Source: Promethearchaeota archaeon Loki_b32 (GTDB taxonomy: Archaea > Asgardarchaeota > Lokiarchaeia > Sigyniarchaeales > SOKP01). From it: a stretch of DNA of 64,000 nt. The stretch covers positions 64,001 to 128,000 of the forward strand of contig NJBH01000001.1 of assembly GCA_005223125.1 (NCBI GenBank), given 5' to 3'. This document shows, piece by piece, positions 1-10,941 of this stretch (its first letter is position 1; the number at the start of each line of letters is the position of its first letter). Under the pieces are notes generated by a model, which saw only the letters and a list, made by a program, of their open reading frames with translations, was not told the DNA's origin and made no database searches. Both the position numbers and the translations under genes were made by a program.

Positions 1-1
1 C

Positions 2-289
2 CTCATAGACCTTAATTATAAAGACACAAAATTACATTATGCCCTTGTGCATAGCGGCTTAGATCGTCAAGCATCACGACGAGCTCCATTGTTAGAGTTA
101 GAATTAGTAGCACGGTTACGAGACCATCCACGACTAGCAATAGCAGGTGGGATAAGAGTCGACGATATTCCTAAATTATTAGCTTTTCCACTGGATATCA
201 TTATTGTAGGGGGAGGAATTATTCGTGCGAAAAATGCATACAACGCAGCAGAGGACATTCGAAAAGCTATTTATAAGTATTCTATATGA
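2..289 (+). CDS. 3-hexulose-6-phosphate synthase / OMPDC-HUMPS family, C-terminal part (5' truncated by window edge)
   Basis: Frame is open from position 2. HSGLDRQA...LAIAGGI...DIIIVGGGI matches the C-terminal half of the HPS TIM barrel. Confidence 0.75.
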   Translation, partial: LIDLNYKDTKLHYALVHSGLDRQASRRAPLLELELVARLRDHPRLAIAGGIRVDDIPKLLAFPLDIIIVGGGIIRAKNAYNAAEDIRKAIYKYSI

Positions 290-372
290 AGAAGACGATT
301 TACACTTGAGGGAGAGTGTGTTCTAGATTAGGAGTATTAAAAATTTAACATATTATTATGTCTCCATTATAA

Positions 373-564
373 TTTGGGAACGTTAGAAATAAATCTTTAA
401 AAGATATTTGGCAAAAAATGATACAGCATCCTGCTTATAATCATCGAAGTACTTTTTGTATAATGCAGCATTCATGATTTAGACATTTTTATATTGATCC
501 CATACCAAACAACTCTACACTTCCTTATGATATTGAAAGGCTCCCTCAGGGGGATTACATGTGA
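373..564 (+). pseudogene. Remnant of a radical SAM/SPASM C-terminal domain
   Basis: Manual translation FGNVRNKSLKDIWQKMIQHPAYNHRSTFCIMQHS*FRHFYIDPIP... carries the SPASM-type GNV..xSLxDIW motif. It has no start codon and an internal TGA at 475-477. Confidence 0.55.
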
Positions 565-728
565 AATAGTCCCAGCATTATCTACAGCACTTAAAAAAGT
601 CTATTTAAAGTTGCTTACACAAGTCGGAATATATAAATTACCATTTTTTTTTAATAATTAAAAGGTTATATATAAAATGTTATTCTCATTCACATTAGCA
701 TATTAGTAAAATAAGGAATTATTATTCA

Positions 729-938
729 ATGAACAACATAGACCCCTTTGAGGAATTAAAAGAGATCAATCAAAAAGAGGAAAAAATGGCTTATTGTGAA
801 TCCTGTGGTAGAAGCATCAGGAATAATAAGTGGAAGAAGCAACATCACCATATCAATATTTGTCAACACCCCATAAAACGATTTTTCTGTTCCCGTCAAT
901 GTAAGTTAAAATGGGTTTTTAAGAAAGTAAAAGTCTAA
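729..938 (+). CDS. Small zinc-finger protein (TRASH/MYM-like)
   Basis: CESC...FFCSRQC motif; AT-rich TATA-like element near 665. Confidence 0.6.
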   Translation: MNNIDPFEELKEINQKEEKMAYCESCGRSIRNNKWKKQHHHINICQHPIKRFFCSRQCKLKWVFKKVKV

Positions 939-1075
939 TTTAATTCAGAATAAGTATTTCCTCTATTACAGTCCGGAATTAATTAAAGCCAAGGATTGCT
1001 TATGCGGCTTAAATAGTATTTACACATATATTTCTATCATAACGATAGAATTTTTGACCTTTTAATATTTTTATG

Positions 1076-1093
1076 AAAAGTTATATAACTTTT
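1076..1093. promoter_or_regulatory. Perfect 18-bp palindrome AAAAGTTATATAACTTTT (possible TF site)
   Basis: Self-complementary sequence in the intergenic region upstream of the Cys-rich surface protein gene. It is very AT-rich, so chance is possible. Confidence 0.3.
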
Positions 1094-1397
1094 TCTTCAT
1101 CCGGTTTTTTATTATGCGTGTTTTCCTTAGGAGATTCAAAAAATAATGATTTTTTCACGTTGAATTCAATCCTTTGTAATGTATCTTGTAATTCCAAGCC
1201 TCATCATAAAAATCTTCGTTTGAACTACTCATAAACTCTCAATAAGAATAAGTTCTGAATAATATATAAAAACTTTTAGATGAAATTAAAAGAAATTTAT
1301 TCATTTTAGTGAGGGATGAATTGGGGATAATTATTCCTCAATCCTTTTTATAATAATTCAATAATGATCCAATGATACAAATTTAGAGGAAAAAACT

Positions 1398-2282
1398 ATG
1401 AAAAAATTTGGTAAGATAGTATTAAGTGCCTTTACATTGATGATGGTATTTACATTGATGATGTCTATTAATGTAAATGCCACAGGACACCCCGATGAGA
1501 TAGTTGAAGTTCCTGGAGATTCAATTAAAACACAATTGCAAAGCAACATTATGACTACATTTCGATTTCGTGAAAGAACTCAATTAACTTTATATGCTAA
1601 TGTAGATTTGGATTTAGATATTAATTGTGAAGCTTTAAGAATTGCAGAAAAAGATTTTATGATTGAAATTGAAGGAGGACACCATCTTAAATTGACTATG
1701 ACTTGTACTAGGGAGGAAAATCAATTAGGATTAATGGATGGTAACACAATGAGAGTAAGAAATCGAAATACCTATAGATACTTAGAAGGATTCTGTATTT
1801 CGATTGAATGTGAGCCAAAATATGATTGTCAATGTAATTGTGAATGTCAATGTTTAAATGAATGTCAATGTGTTTGTGATTGTGAATGCCAATGCCAAAA
1901 TGATTGTCAATGTGTTTGTGATTGTGAATGTCAGTGTTTAAATGAATGCCAATGCCAAAATGAATGTCAATGCATTTGTAATTGTGGAGAAGAGCAATGC
2001 TTTTTAAAAGCTCGATTAAGAATAAGGGAAACTAGCCAAAACCGAGCTGGTCAATGGGCTTATTATAATGAAAATAATGAAGAATGGGTCACAGTTCCAA
2101 CAGTGGTGGAGGATGGATATTTAACTGCTGAGACAACTCATTTTTCAACCTGGACAGTGTTAATACCTACAGTAGCTACAAATGGAAATACTTCATTAAT
2201 CCTTGGAAGTAGTGTTTCTATTGCTGTTATTGGTGCTATAATAGGGATTTCTGTTATATATACTAAAAAAAGGAAAATATAA
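1398..2282 (+). CDS. Membrane-anchored surface protein with internal Cys-rich repeat
   Basis: N-terminal signal peptide, beta-rich ectodomain ending TTHFSTWTVL, C-terminal TM helix and KKRK tail; GAGG RBS at about 1386. Confidence 0.85.
   Translation: MKKFGKIVLSAFTLMMVFTLMMSINVNATGHPDEIVEVPGDSIKTQLQSNIMTTFRFRERTQLTLYANVDLDLDINCEALRIAEKDFMIEIEGGHHLKLTMTCTREENQLGLMDGNTMRVRNRNTYRYLEGFCISIECEPKYDCQCNCECQCLNECQCVCDCECQCQNDCQCVCDCECQCLNECQCQNECQCICNCGEEQCFLKARLRIRETSQNRAGQWAYYNENNEEWVTVPTVVEDGYLTAETTHFSTWTVLIPTVATNGNTSLILGSSVSIAVIGAIIGISVIYTKKRKI
1827..1985 (+). repeat. Coding tandem repeat (about 42-bp unit, CECQC[L/Q]N[E/D]CQCVCD) giving 23 Cys in 53 aa
   Basis: Repeated tgtgaatgYcaRtg...aatgaWtgYcaatg units are directly visible. 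Confidence 0.9.
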
Positions 2283-2359
2283 AGAATAATTTATAACTAA
2301 TTTTTTTTTAATTTTTTAAATAATTAAATATCATAAAAAGAAAAAAGATACCAATTTAA

Positions 2360-3046
2360 TTGATGAGTATGTCTCTATCGTTCGAGCTAGTTTTAGCTTA
2401 TATGATTTTAATTCCATTCATTATAGCAAATATTTTTTTCGCGATGGGATCACTTTTTCAAAATAAAACCGCTAAATTTCTGCAAAGAGCTCTTAAAGTA
2501 GAGGAAAAATTTAGTAAATCTCAGAATAAAAGATATAAAGTATTTAAGTATGTGAATTTCATTATTTGGTTAATAGTTGGAATAGTAAATGTGTTTAGTT
2601 TAGATAATCTAATTTCAATAGGGGCTATATTAGTTTTATTTGCGTTTCGTAGTGGAATTACTCTAAGCAAGCGTTTTATTTTTGGAATTCATGATATAAG
2701 AGTTATGAAACTACATTTATCAGACAAGAAAATTACTAAAATTATTTCTCGAGTTGTTAAAATTGGTATCATTATCGAATTGATGTTTATCTTCATGTGG
2801 GGAATTTTGTATAAATATCTCAGCGTATCAGTTAAAACAACTTTGGGTATTGAAGTGAATGTTTTAGTAATGATTCTTTGGAGTACCGGTTTTATCTATG
2901 GAATTGTTTTCTCATTAATCCTGAGTGTTTTTTCAAAAGATATTATCCTTACAAATGAAATAGGAATTGTTTTATTACTATCGGGAGAGTTTGTTAGAGA
3001 AAAGATAAAGAAAACTAAATTTATTCCGAAATTTTTTAAGCACTGA
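2360..3046 (+). CDS. Hypothetical multi-pass membrane protein
   Basis: About 5 hydrophobic segments; co-oriented with the upstream gene. Confidence 0.7.
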   Translation: MMSMSLSFELVLAYMILIPFIIANIFFAMGSLFQNKTAKFLQRALKVEEKFSKSQNKRYKVFKYVNFIIWLIVGIVNVFSLDNLISIGAILVLFAFRSGITLSKRFIFGIHDIRVMKLHLSDKKITKIISRVVKIGIIIELMFIFMWGILYKYLSVSVKTTLGIEVNVLVMILWSTGFIYGIVFSLILSVFSKDIILTNEIGIVLLLSGEFVREKIKKTKFIPKFFKH

Positions 3047-3159
3047 GATTTTTCGTAAGGATTTTTTTTTAAAAATTAAATTAATTCACGAGATACTATC
3101 AAAGATATCTATAAATTAAAATCATAAAATATTTATGACCCCCAACTTTTAAATTAGTA

Positions 3160-3876
3160 ATGAATCCAAAAAAAGACAAAAACGACAATGAGTCGTGCCA
3201 ATCCACTATTAATCCCGGCGAGTGGAAGGGAAGAACAATAGAAATTGATGATGCTGGGACTGGAGATCTCGTCGGAGATGCTTTCATTGGCTTTCGAGAC
3301 ACGGAGACCGGAAAGATTATATTTCAATCAGTTCCCGTGGGGCTCTATAATGAAGAAAATAAGGACGATGATCGCCCGAACATACATATAGTAAATGTTA
3401 TAATCAAAGCTCTTAGAAAACTTAATCATGAAAAGGGAGATAGAATCCTTTTATGTAGGGGTAATTGTTTCAATCTTGTTAGAGAATTTTTTAATGAGAA
3501 TGATATTTATTACGAGCCTGCAATCGTTGAAGGAGAACTTCAAGATGCCGTAGAAGGTAGATATATTCAACACCTTCGAAAGCTCGGAGTATCTTCTAGT
3601 AATCTTAAGAAAGAATCTGGTATACAAAGATATTTTATCTTATTTAATTGGGTTTGCCAGGATTTTCCAAATCGTGAACGTTTCGTCAAGACGGGATTCC
3701 CATCTTGGAAAAAGAAATGGAGAAAGATCGCTATAAAGAGATATAAGAAATATCAAAGGAACAAACCTACTGAAAGAGATAATATCAAAGGAAGAGCAAA
3801 TATAAAATATGAGCTTAAGCTTGAGAATCCTATTTCTATCAGAGAATCTACTTCTAAGAGTCAAAAAAATAGATAA
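3160..3876 (+). CDS. Hypothetical protein with RNase HII-like N-terminal acidic motif
   Basis: IEIDDAGTGDLVG resembles the RNase HII GIDEAGRG motif; the rest is divergent. Confidence 0.55.
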   Translation: MNPKKDKNDNESCQSTINPGEWKGRTIEIDDAGTGDLVGDAFIGFRDTETGKIIFQSVPVGLYNEENKDDDRPNIHIVNVIIKALRKLNHEKGDRILLCRGNCFNLVREFFNENDIYYEPAIVEGELQDAVEGRYIQHLRKLGVSSSNLKKESGIQRYFILFNWVCQDFPNRERFVKTGFPSWKKKWRKIAIKRYKKYQRNKPTERDNIKGRANIKYELKLENPISIRESTSKSQKNR

Positions 3877-3989
3877 TATTTTTTGCTCTTTTTATAAAAA
3901 TAGTAATAGTTAAAATTATTATTATCAAAGAACTTTTTTTTAATATTATATGATAATTTTCCTTTTGTAGGAGTAAGAGGAGGTTTGAA

Positions 3990-4490
3990 TTGGAACGAGT
4001 TATAGTTTTTATAGATAATAGCAACATTTTCAAGGGTTTTAGGAAATATAATATCAAAGCTGACTATGAAAAGCTGAAAAACTTCATAGTACGTAGCCGA
4101 GAATTAGAAGCCATATTTTTATATGAGGGTGCTGTATATCCTATGAGTCCAGAGAAGAAGAAGTGGTATAAAGAGTTGACTATTCGAAGCGGATATATAA
4201 TTAGAACGAGTTTTGATAAGATTGCGTCGAATGTCGCCACAGAAAAGAAAGTTGACATTAACATCGCGATTGATATCATCTCTCTTGCGTATGAAAATGC
4301 GTATGATACAGCGGTTTTACTATCTGGAGATGGCGATTTTGTTCCAGTTGTTAAGAAGGTAAAAGAATTGAATAAAAATATGGAAATTTGGGCTTTCAGA
4401 TATTCATTAGCAAATACTTTAAAGGACGAGCTAAATCCTAAGAACCTATTTTATCTTGATGATATTTTGAATAAGATAGAAATTTCCTGA
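3990..4490 (+). CDS. NYN domain (LabA/DUF88, PIN-like) ribonuclease
   Basis: FIDNSN, EKKVDINIAID and LSGDGDF motifs; AGGAGG RBS before a TTG start. Confidence 0.9.
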   Translation: MERVIVFIDNSNIFKGFRKYNIKADYEKLKNFIVRSRELEAIFLYEGAVYPMSPEKKKWYKELTIRSGYIIRTSFDKIASNVATEKKVDINIAIDIISLAYENAYDTAVLLSGDGDFVPVVKKVKELNKNMEIWAFRYSLANTLKDELNPKNLFYLDDILNKIEIS

Positions 4491-4525
4491 AAAACCTTCA
4501 GAAATTGCATAAAAGTAGATAAGGG

Positions 4526-6640
4526 TTACTTTTGCTTTTTCAATTTCAATATGATAATTGAAATCCCTAAAATCGCTCCTATTATCATAAATAAATTATA
4601 TCCTGAAATTTGTTGTTGAGGGGGATATCTTTTTTTCACAAGTACACTCTCAATACCTATATTCCCTGGTCTATCTTGAGCGTAAAAGGTTATTAAAATA
4701 TCTCCCCCATGAATATTGTACCAAATGCTTTGATTTATTACACCATTTAATTCAGAAAAAGTTATATTTGTGATCCCTCCATCTAATGAATACCACATAG
4801 ATTCTAAATTAAGTTCATCAATAGAAATTTGAAAAGTTGGAGCTTTTGTTTCAAAAACATCATTGTTATTTGGTGATGTTATTATAATTATTGGAGCAGT
4901 TGTATCTTTTTCAATTTTTATATTGGTAAAACCTAGATATCCAAGTGAATCATTAGCATAAAATTGAATTGTGACTTGTCCGTCATTGAGTTCAGTCCAT
5001 GCAGTTTGATTAATTTGCTCTAGAGTTCCATAAAAAGTATAATTAGTATCCCCTCCATCGATCGTGTACCAGGTTCTATTTATTGGAGATAGATCATGGA
5101 TTGTAATATTGAATGTAGGAGCTATGAAACCATAGATTTGATTTAGAGATGGAGAGTTGATTATAATCTCAGGAGCAGTCAAATTTTTGACCACAACCAC
5201 CTCTGATTTTCCTATATATCCCCTCGAATCATTTGCATAGAAAATAATTTCGATTGGACCCTCTGGAGCATTACTCCATTCAGTTTGATTAATTACTCCT
5301 GCTAATCCTGTGAAAGTAATGTTTTTTATACCATCATCAATAGAATACCATTTTGAATCTGCAATACCTTCATCTATTGATATCTCAAAATATGGTGAAT
5401 TTTCATAGGTTTCATTAACATTAGGATAAGTTATCGAAATTACTGGAGCATCCCACCAAATAGGTAAAAAGTCATAATTATCACCATACTTACCATAAAG
5501 ATAATAAGGTTCTTCTCCTACTCCATCATCATTTTCATCTTTACCTTGATAATCATCCCAGAAATTACCAATATATGAATTGTTCCAGTCATTAAAACCA
5601 CTTCCATAACTACGAGCATTTATTTGATTCTTAAGAAAAGTATTGTTGTAAAAGAGATTGTAAGCTCCTTGTATAATATACACTCCATGATCGGTATTAT
5701 TTTTCAAAATATTTTGAAAAATTATATTAAAGTTTGCTTCATCGAAGTCTATCCCATTTTCAGAACTATTATAAATTTTATTACCTTTTACTATGTTTTG
5801 GTGAGCAAGAGTTAAAAAAATACCATTACTTCGGCTATTATAAATTTTATTTTTTAAAATCTTGTTATTGCTTCCATAAACGTGAACCCCATGTTCACGG
5901 TTATTAATAATAGTGTTGTTTAATACAACATTGTTTTGACCAACGATATATATACCATTTTCCTCATAATGAGTCCCATTGCCATTATTGATTAATATAT
6001 TTCTCGTAATATTATTGTCGTTGCACCAACTGTTTAATACTCCATGACCATTGTAAGAAATATTATTATTGTCAATGAGATTATGATGAGCAGCACCATA
6101 AAAATATACTCCCCTAAAATTATAGCATAAATCATTTTCTACTACAGTATTGTTGTTACTATTTCCGTCTATTCTTATTCCATTACCGTAATTGTTTGAA
6201 ATAATATTATTCCTAATCAAACCATTTCTAGTGGCACTAATTTTAAGTCCAGCTGAAGAAGCTTTAAGTAATGTGCAATTTCTAATTATAAAGTAAGCGC
6301 TTGACGCCTCAATAGAGATGCAAGTACTTGAACCACTACCGTTTATTAAGATATTTTATAGTAAGTAAGGGGGGCTCCAAGTACCTCCTCCTGAACACCA
6401 TGGTTCTATAACTGCTTCTTCCCAAGTATAATTTCCATATCCCTGATCGTCAATAATAAAAGGATTAAGAATCCAGTATCCACTTTTTTTAAGATTTGAG
6501 AAATTTTCATTTTTTAGACTATCATTTGAATATATATTTCTATCAATGATACTATATGAAATTTGAAAAGATAATACAATAATTATAATTAATAATATGA
6601 AGCACTTTACTTTTCTGAGAGAATTCATAGTTTTATACAT
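4526..6640 (-). pseudogene. NosD/right-handed beta-helix + Ig-like surface protein with Loki-CTERM-like anchor, interrupted by one in-frame TAA (6356-6358)
   Basis: ORFs 6356-6640 and 4526-6220 share a frame: ...GTWSPPYLL*NILINGSGSSTCISIEASSAYFIIRNC... Asn-rich PbH1 repeats, GNFWDDY, C-terminal ISGYNLF-TM-KKQK. Confidence 0.8.
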
Positions 6641-7262
6641 TCCGGATTTTTATATTAAGAAATATCATTATCATATTTTAAATTTACCTTTTTAAAATCT
6701 GTCATATACCAACTCGCTAATCCCCCTATACCCTATATAGTTATATTAAAAAGGCAGATCATCAAAATAAATAACATAAAAAGTTTAAAATGATTAAGAC
6801 CAAAGTAAAAACATATAAATTTAATAGAGACATCTCTTGCTATAATATTTATAAGATGTTCTCATAATTTCACATTAATATTGAAATGCAAGGGCTTTAT
6901 TTGAAAAAATATAGATTGTTAATATTTATCTACATCATTTTAATATTAGGATTAGGTTTTCCAAAAAATATAAAGTAAAAGGGATCAACATCAGTTTAAA
7001 ATTTAATAGATAATATCTTAGATAGAAGCTTTTTATATCCTTTTTTAATGAGGATTTTCAACGTTGATTTATTTTATACAATACATTTTTTCATATATGA
7101 TATTCTCGCATTAATTTTCTTTTGAAAGCACCTCAACAGACATTTAGTATATTTTTTGCAGATTTTGATTTTCACCATATTCATTTAAATACTTTCAAGA
7201 AATAATAAACTATTGTGTTAAATATAAAGAAAATAAAAAGAAAAAATCTAGTAGGATTAAAA

Positions 7263-10200
7263 ATGACACAAAAAAGGGTCAAATCAATTATGCTTATTTT
7301 TGTTATATGCTCCTATCTCTTATTCCAAGTTTCTGATTTTTATGATTGGGGTCTAGATAAGGATTCAAAATCTCTTTTGGGATTATCAGGTGATCATGCT
7401 ACAGTTGAATGGGTAAGTATTTACGATGATCCAGAACCGTATAATTGGGATGAAGCTTATGATGTCGAGATTGATTCCTCAGGAAATGTTTATTGTGTCG
7501 GGGGTTCAATTAGAGATATGATTCTTGTAAAATATAACAGTAAAGGAGATTATATTTTGAATCGTACCTGGCATCCAGGGAGCGATTATGCAGAAGCAAA
7601 AGCAGTCGCTTTAGACTCATCAAATAATATTTATGTTGCAGGACAGGTTAACCTTCGTGAGGATATGTTTTTAATTAAATATAATAGTGACTGTGAATTT
7701 CAATGGGTTCGTATATGGGGGGGATCTCAAGAAGATCCTTGCTGGGATATGGCAATTGACTCTTCAGATAACATTTATATCGCTGGAGGTACAGAAAGTT
7801 TTTCAGTAGGAGATTGCGATTTTTGTGTAGTAAAATATGATTCTTCTGGCAATCAATAATGGAATCGTACTTGGGGGGGTTGGGATTTTGATTGTGCACG
7901 TTATATGGTAATAGATTCTTCTGATAATATAATTCTAGGGGGTAATACCGCAAGTTATGGGGATGGTTATTTAGGTTATTGTGATATGTGCCTTGTAAAA
8001 TACAACAGCCTAGGTGTATTACAATGGGATATGGTATGGGAAAGAGCCGCTGGTCATTATGAATTCAACGATGATCTTGTAATAGACTCATCTGGTAATA
8101 TTTTCACTTTTATACATGATCTTAATACCAATATTCCAATACTCGCAAAGTTTGACAATTCAGGTAACGAAATTTGGAATCGAACATATCCAGGATTAGG
8201 ATTTTTCGGAGTTAGTGAGATGGAAATAGATGCGTTTGATAATCTATATATAACTGATACTTTTGACTATAGAGATTTTGGATTCGCAAAATTCAACAAA
8301 TATGGGGATTTCCTATGGAGTGAAACATGGGGAACACTAGATGATGAGTTTTGTACTTCAATAGCCTTAAATTCAACTGATCATGTATATCTTGCGGGTT
8401 ATAGAAGTTTCCACAGTTATGGTCCAATGATTCTTGTAAAATTTAAGATTAATCCTCCAGAAGCGCCATACTTTACTGATATCCAAGAAAATTTTACAAT
8501 GTATGAAGGAGATATTTCAAAATCATTAGTATGGACACCTATCGATGAATCGATGTTTTATGATTCATATTGGATAATGCAAAATGAAACTAAGATAATG
8601 GAAGGAGAATGGGACGGATCTCAAATTACATATTCAAATTTAGAAGAGCTAATCCCTGGTATCTATAATTTTACCTGTTTTGTAAATAACACTTATGGAA
8701 AACTAAACAGTTCTTCAATTTTTTTTACCATTCTTCCTAATCTTCACACGCCAAATATAGATAGAAATACTAGTGATTTGATATTAAATATTGGTACAAG
8801 CAATTTTATTATTTCCTGGCACGCAATCGATCTTGATGGAAATAATAATAGTTTTTGGATTACGCGTAATTCTTCTATTCTTGCATCTGGAACTTGGAAT
8901 AATGATTCCGATATTATATTTATGGAGTCTGAAATACTAAACGTAGGATACTATAATTACACATGTTTTGTAAACGATACTTCGGGTTTGAAAAATCAGA
9001 CTTCTATTTATATTCAGATAATAAACCATGATCCGATTATATTCAATAATTCAATTGATTTTATTGTGAATGTAGGGACAACAGGATATTCTCTATCGTG
9101 GCATGCGAGTGATATTGATGGAAACACATTGATATATTGGATAGAAAGAAATGGGGGTCTAGTTGCTCAAGATTCTTGGGTTAATGATTCAGACATTATT
9201 TACGTTGAATCTGAATTCCTAAGTGCTGGAATTTATAATTATACTTGTTTTGTAAGCGATACTACAGGGGCTTTAAATCAGTCATCTATTTTTGTTAAGA
9301 TAAACTCATATCCTTATTATTCTGATGTTACTCTACCCTTAAACCACATATACGAACAAGATGCGGATTACGTCTTTAATTGTACGTGGACTGATATAGA
9401 TGGCACAATTGGGAAGGTTTTACTTGAATTTGATAGTTTCAATTTTACTGTAACGACCAATAAATCTGGAATTTTTACTTTTATATTAAATGATTTGAAT
9501 GCGAATGAAAATGGGTATAATTATAGGTGGCATGCAATGGATAATGACGGAGCGTGGACATCAACAGATTGGAAGAATTTTGTTCTTAATAAGAAGGTAA
9601 TTGAGCTAATAATTTTATTCAATGGCACTGAAGACAATTATTTCTATGACTTAAACCCCTTTATTAATATTACAGTTATTAACCTTAATTCTACTCCAGG
9701 AAAGATTAATTTATATGTCGATGGGGAATTAATACAACAAGAAACTGGATATCTTTTAGTGAATATTTCACAATTTTCACTAGGAAGTTTTAATATTACT
9801 GCGATTTTAACTGATGAAAATTATACCGGAAGTATAATGAGTTGGCTTCATTTAAGTGAATCAATACCTCCAGAAATAATATTCGAGTTTTCTGAATCTT
9901 ATGTGAATCTAACAGAACCGGAATATTTCCATGATGAAATAGAAGTGATCTGTACTGTTAATGATTTCTCTCTGGTATCTTGGGTTTATTGTTGTGAAAA
10001 TTCATCAGGAACTTTTTTAAATCATTCAATGTCAAGTTTAGGAAACAGTAATTGGACCTTTACTATAGATATTTCGGGATTAAATTGGAACGATGCAATT
10101 TCAGTATCTTTTTTTGCTAGAGATACTTGGGGGAATATTGGATTAAACAATAATTTCACAAAATTATATACAATAAGAATACATGACTTTCAGAAGCCTG

Positions 10201-10583
10201 TTACAACCCTATCATTTATACCTCATGAAGGAACAAATATTGTCAATAAATCAACCAAATTCTCTTTAACTGGTGATGATGGTTTAGGCTCTGGAATTGA
10301 AATTATAAGATACAAGATAAATGGCTCGGGATGGAGTGATTATAGTGCTTCATTTAATCTTACCAATTATAGTGAGGGATTTTATAATATTTCTTATTAT
10401 TCAATAGATCATGCTGGTAACGTTGAGGAAATTAATTCAATTATTATAGAATTGATAGAAGTACCTCAAGAAACACCTAAAAGTAGTTCTGCTATCCCTG
10501 GTTTTGATATCTTTTTTATATTTGGAATGATAGCCTTGATGACAATTTTCTTAATATGGCGGAGAGTTGAAATTAAAATTTAA
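7263..10583 (+). pseudogene. SBBP beta-propeller + Ig-like surface protein with Loki-CTERM-like anchor, interrupted by one in-frame TAA (7857-7859)
   Basis: ORFs 7215-7859 and 7905-10583 share a frame: KYDSSGNQ*WNRTWGG. Repeated DSSxNIYxxG / LVKYNSxG propeller blades; C-terminal IPGFD-TM-RR. Confidence 0.8.
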
Positions 10584-10941
10584 TTAATTAGTTGGATTAT
10601 AAAAATTAAAAGAAGAAATTAATTCTTTCTATTTCTTCATTATGATAAAGCTGGTTCTGAGAAAAATATTCTATTTTTCCTAAATGACTTTAATATCCAT
10701 AGTGTTAATGAGTATTCGGGTACATTATTTAAGGAAAGAAGCCTCTAAACACAAATGATATATTAAATAGATGAAAAACTATAATTCAATTTTTTTAAAA
10801 TACAAATACATTTTAAGATATCGTCTAATTAAAAAACTCAAAACGTTAAAAAAGGGGATTTTGAGATAAATATATAAATTAAAAATGTGAAATTTATATG
10901 CAGGATTTCCTTATGATTTCTTAATAAAGAATTAGATTAAG

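Noticed and set aside
475-477. In-frame TGA as selenocysteine
   Set aside because: It sits in a start-less, frameshifted remnant at a position with no evident Cys equivalent, and no SECIS was recognised.
1827-1985. Tandem repeat as CRISPR or non-coding satellite
   Set aside because: It has no unique spacers, keeps the reading frame and shows synonymous variation, so it is a coding repeat.
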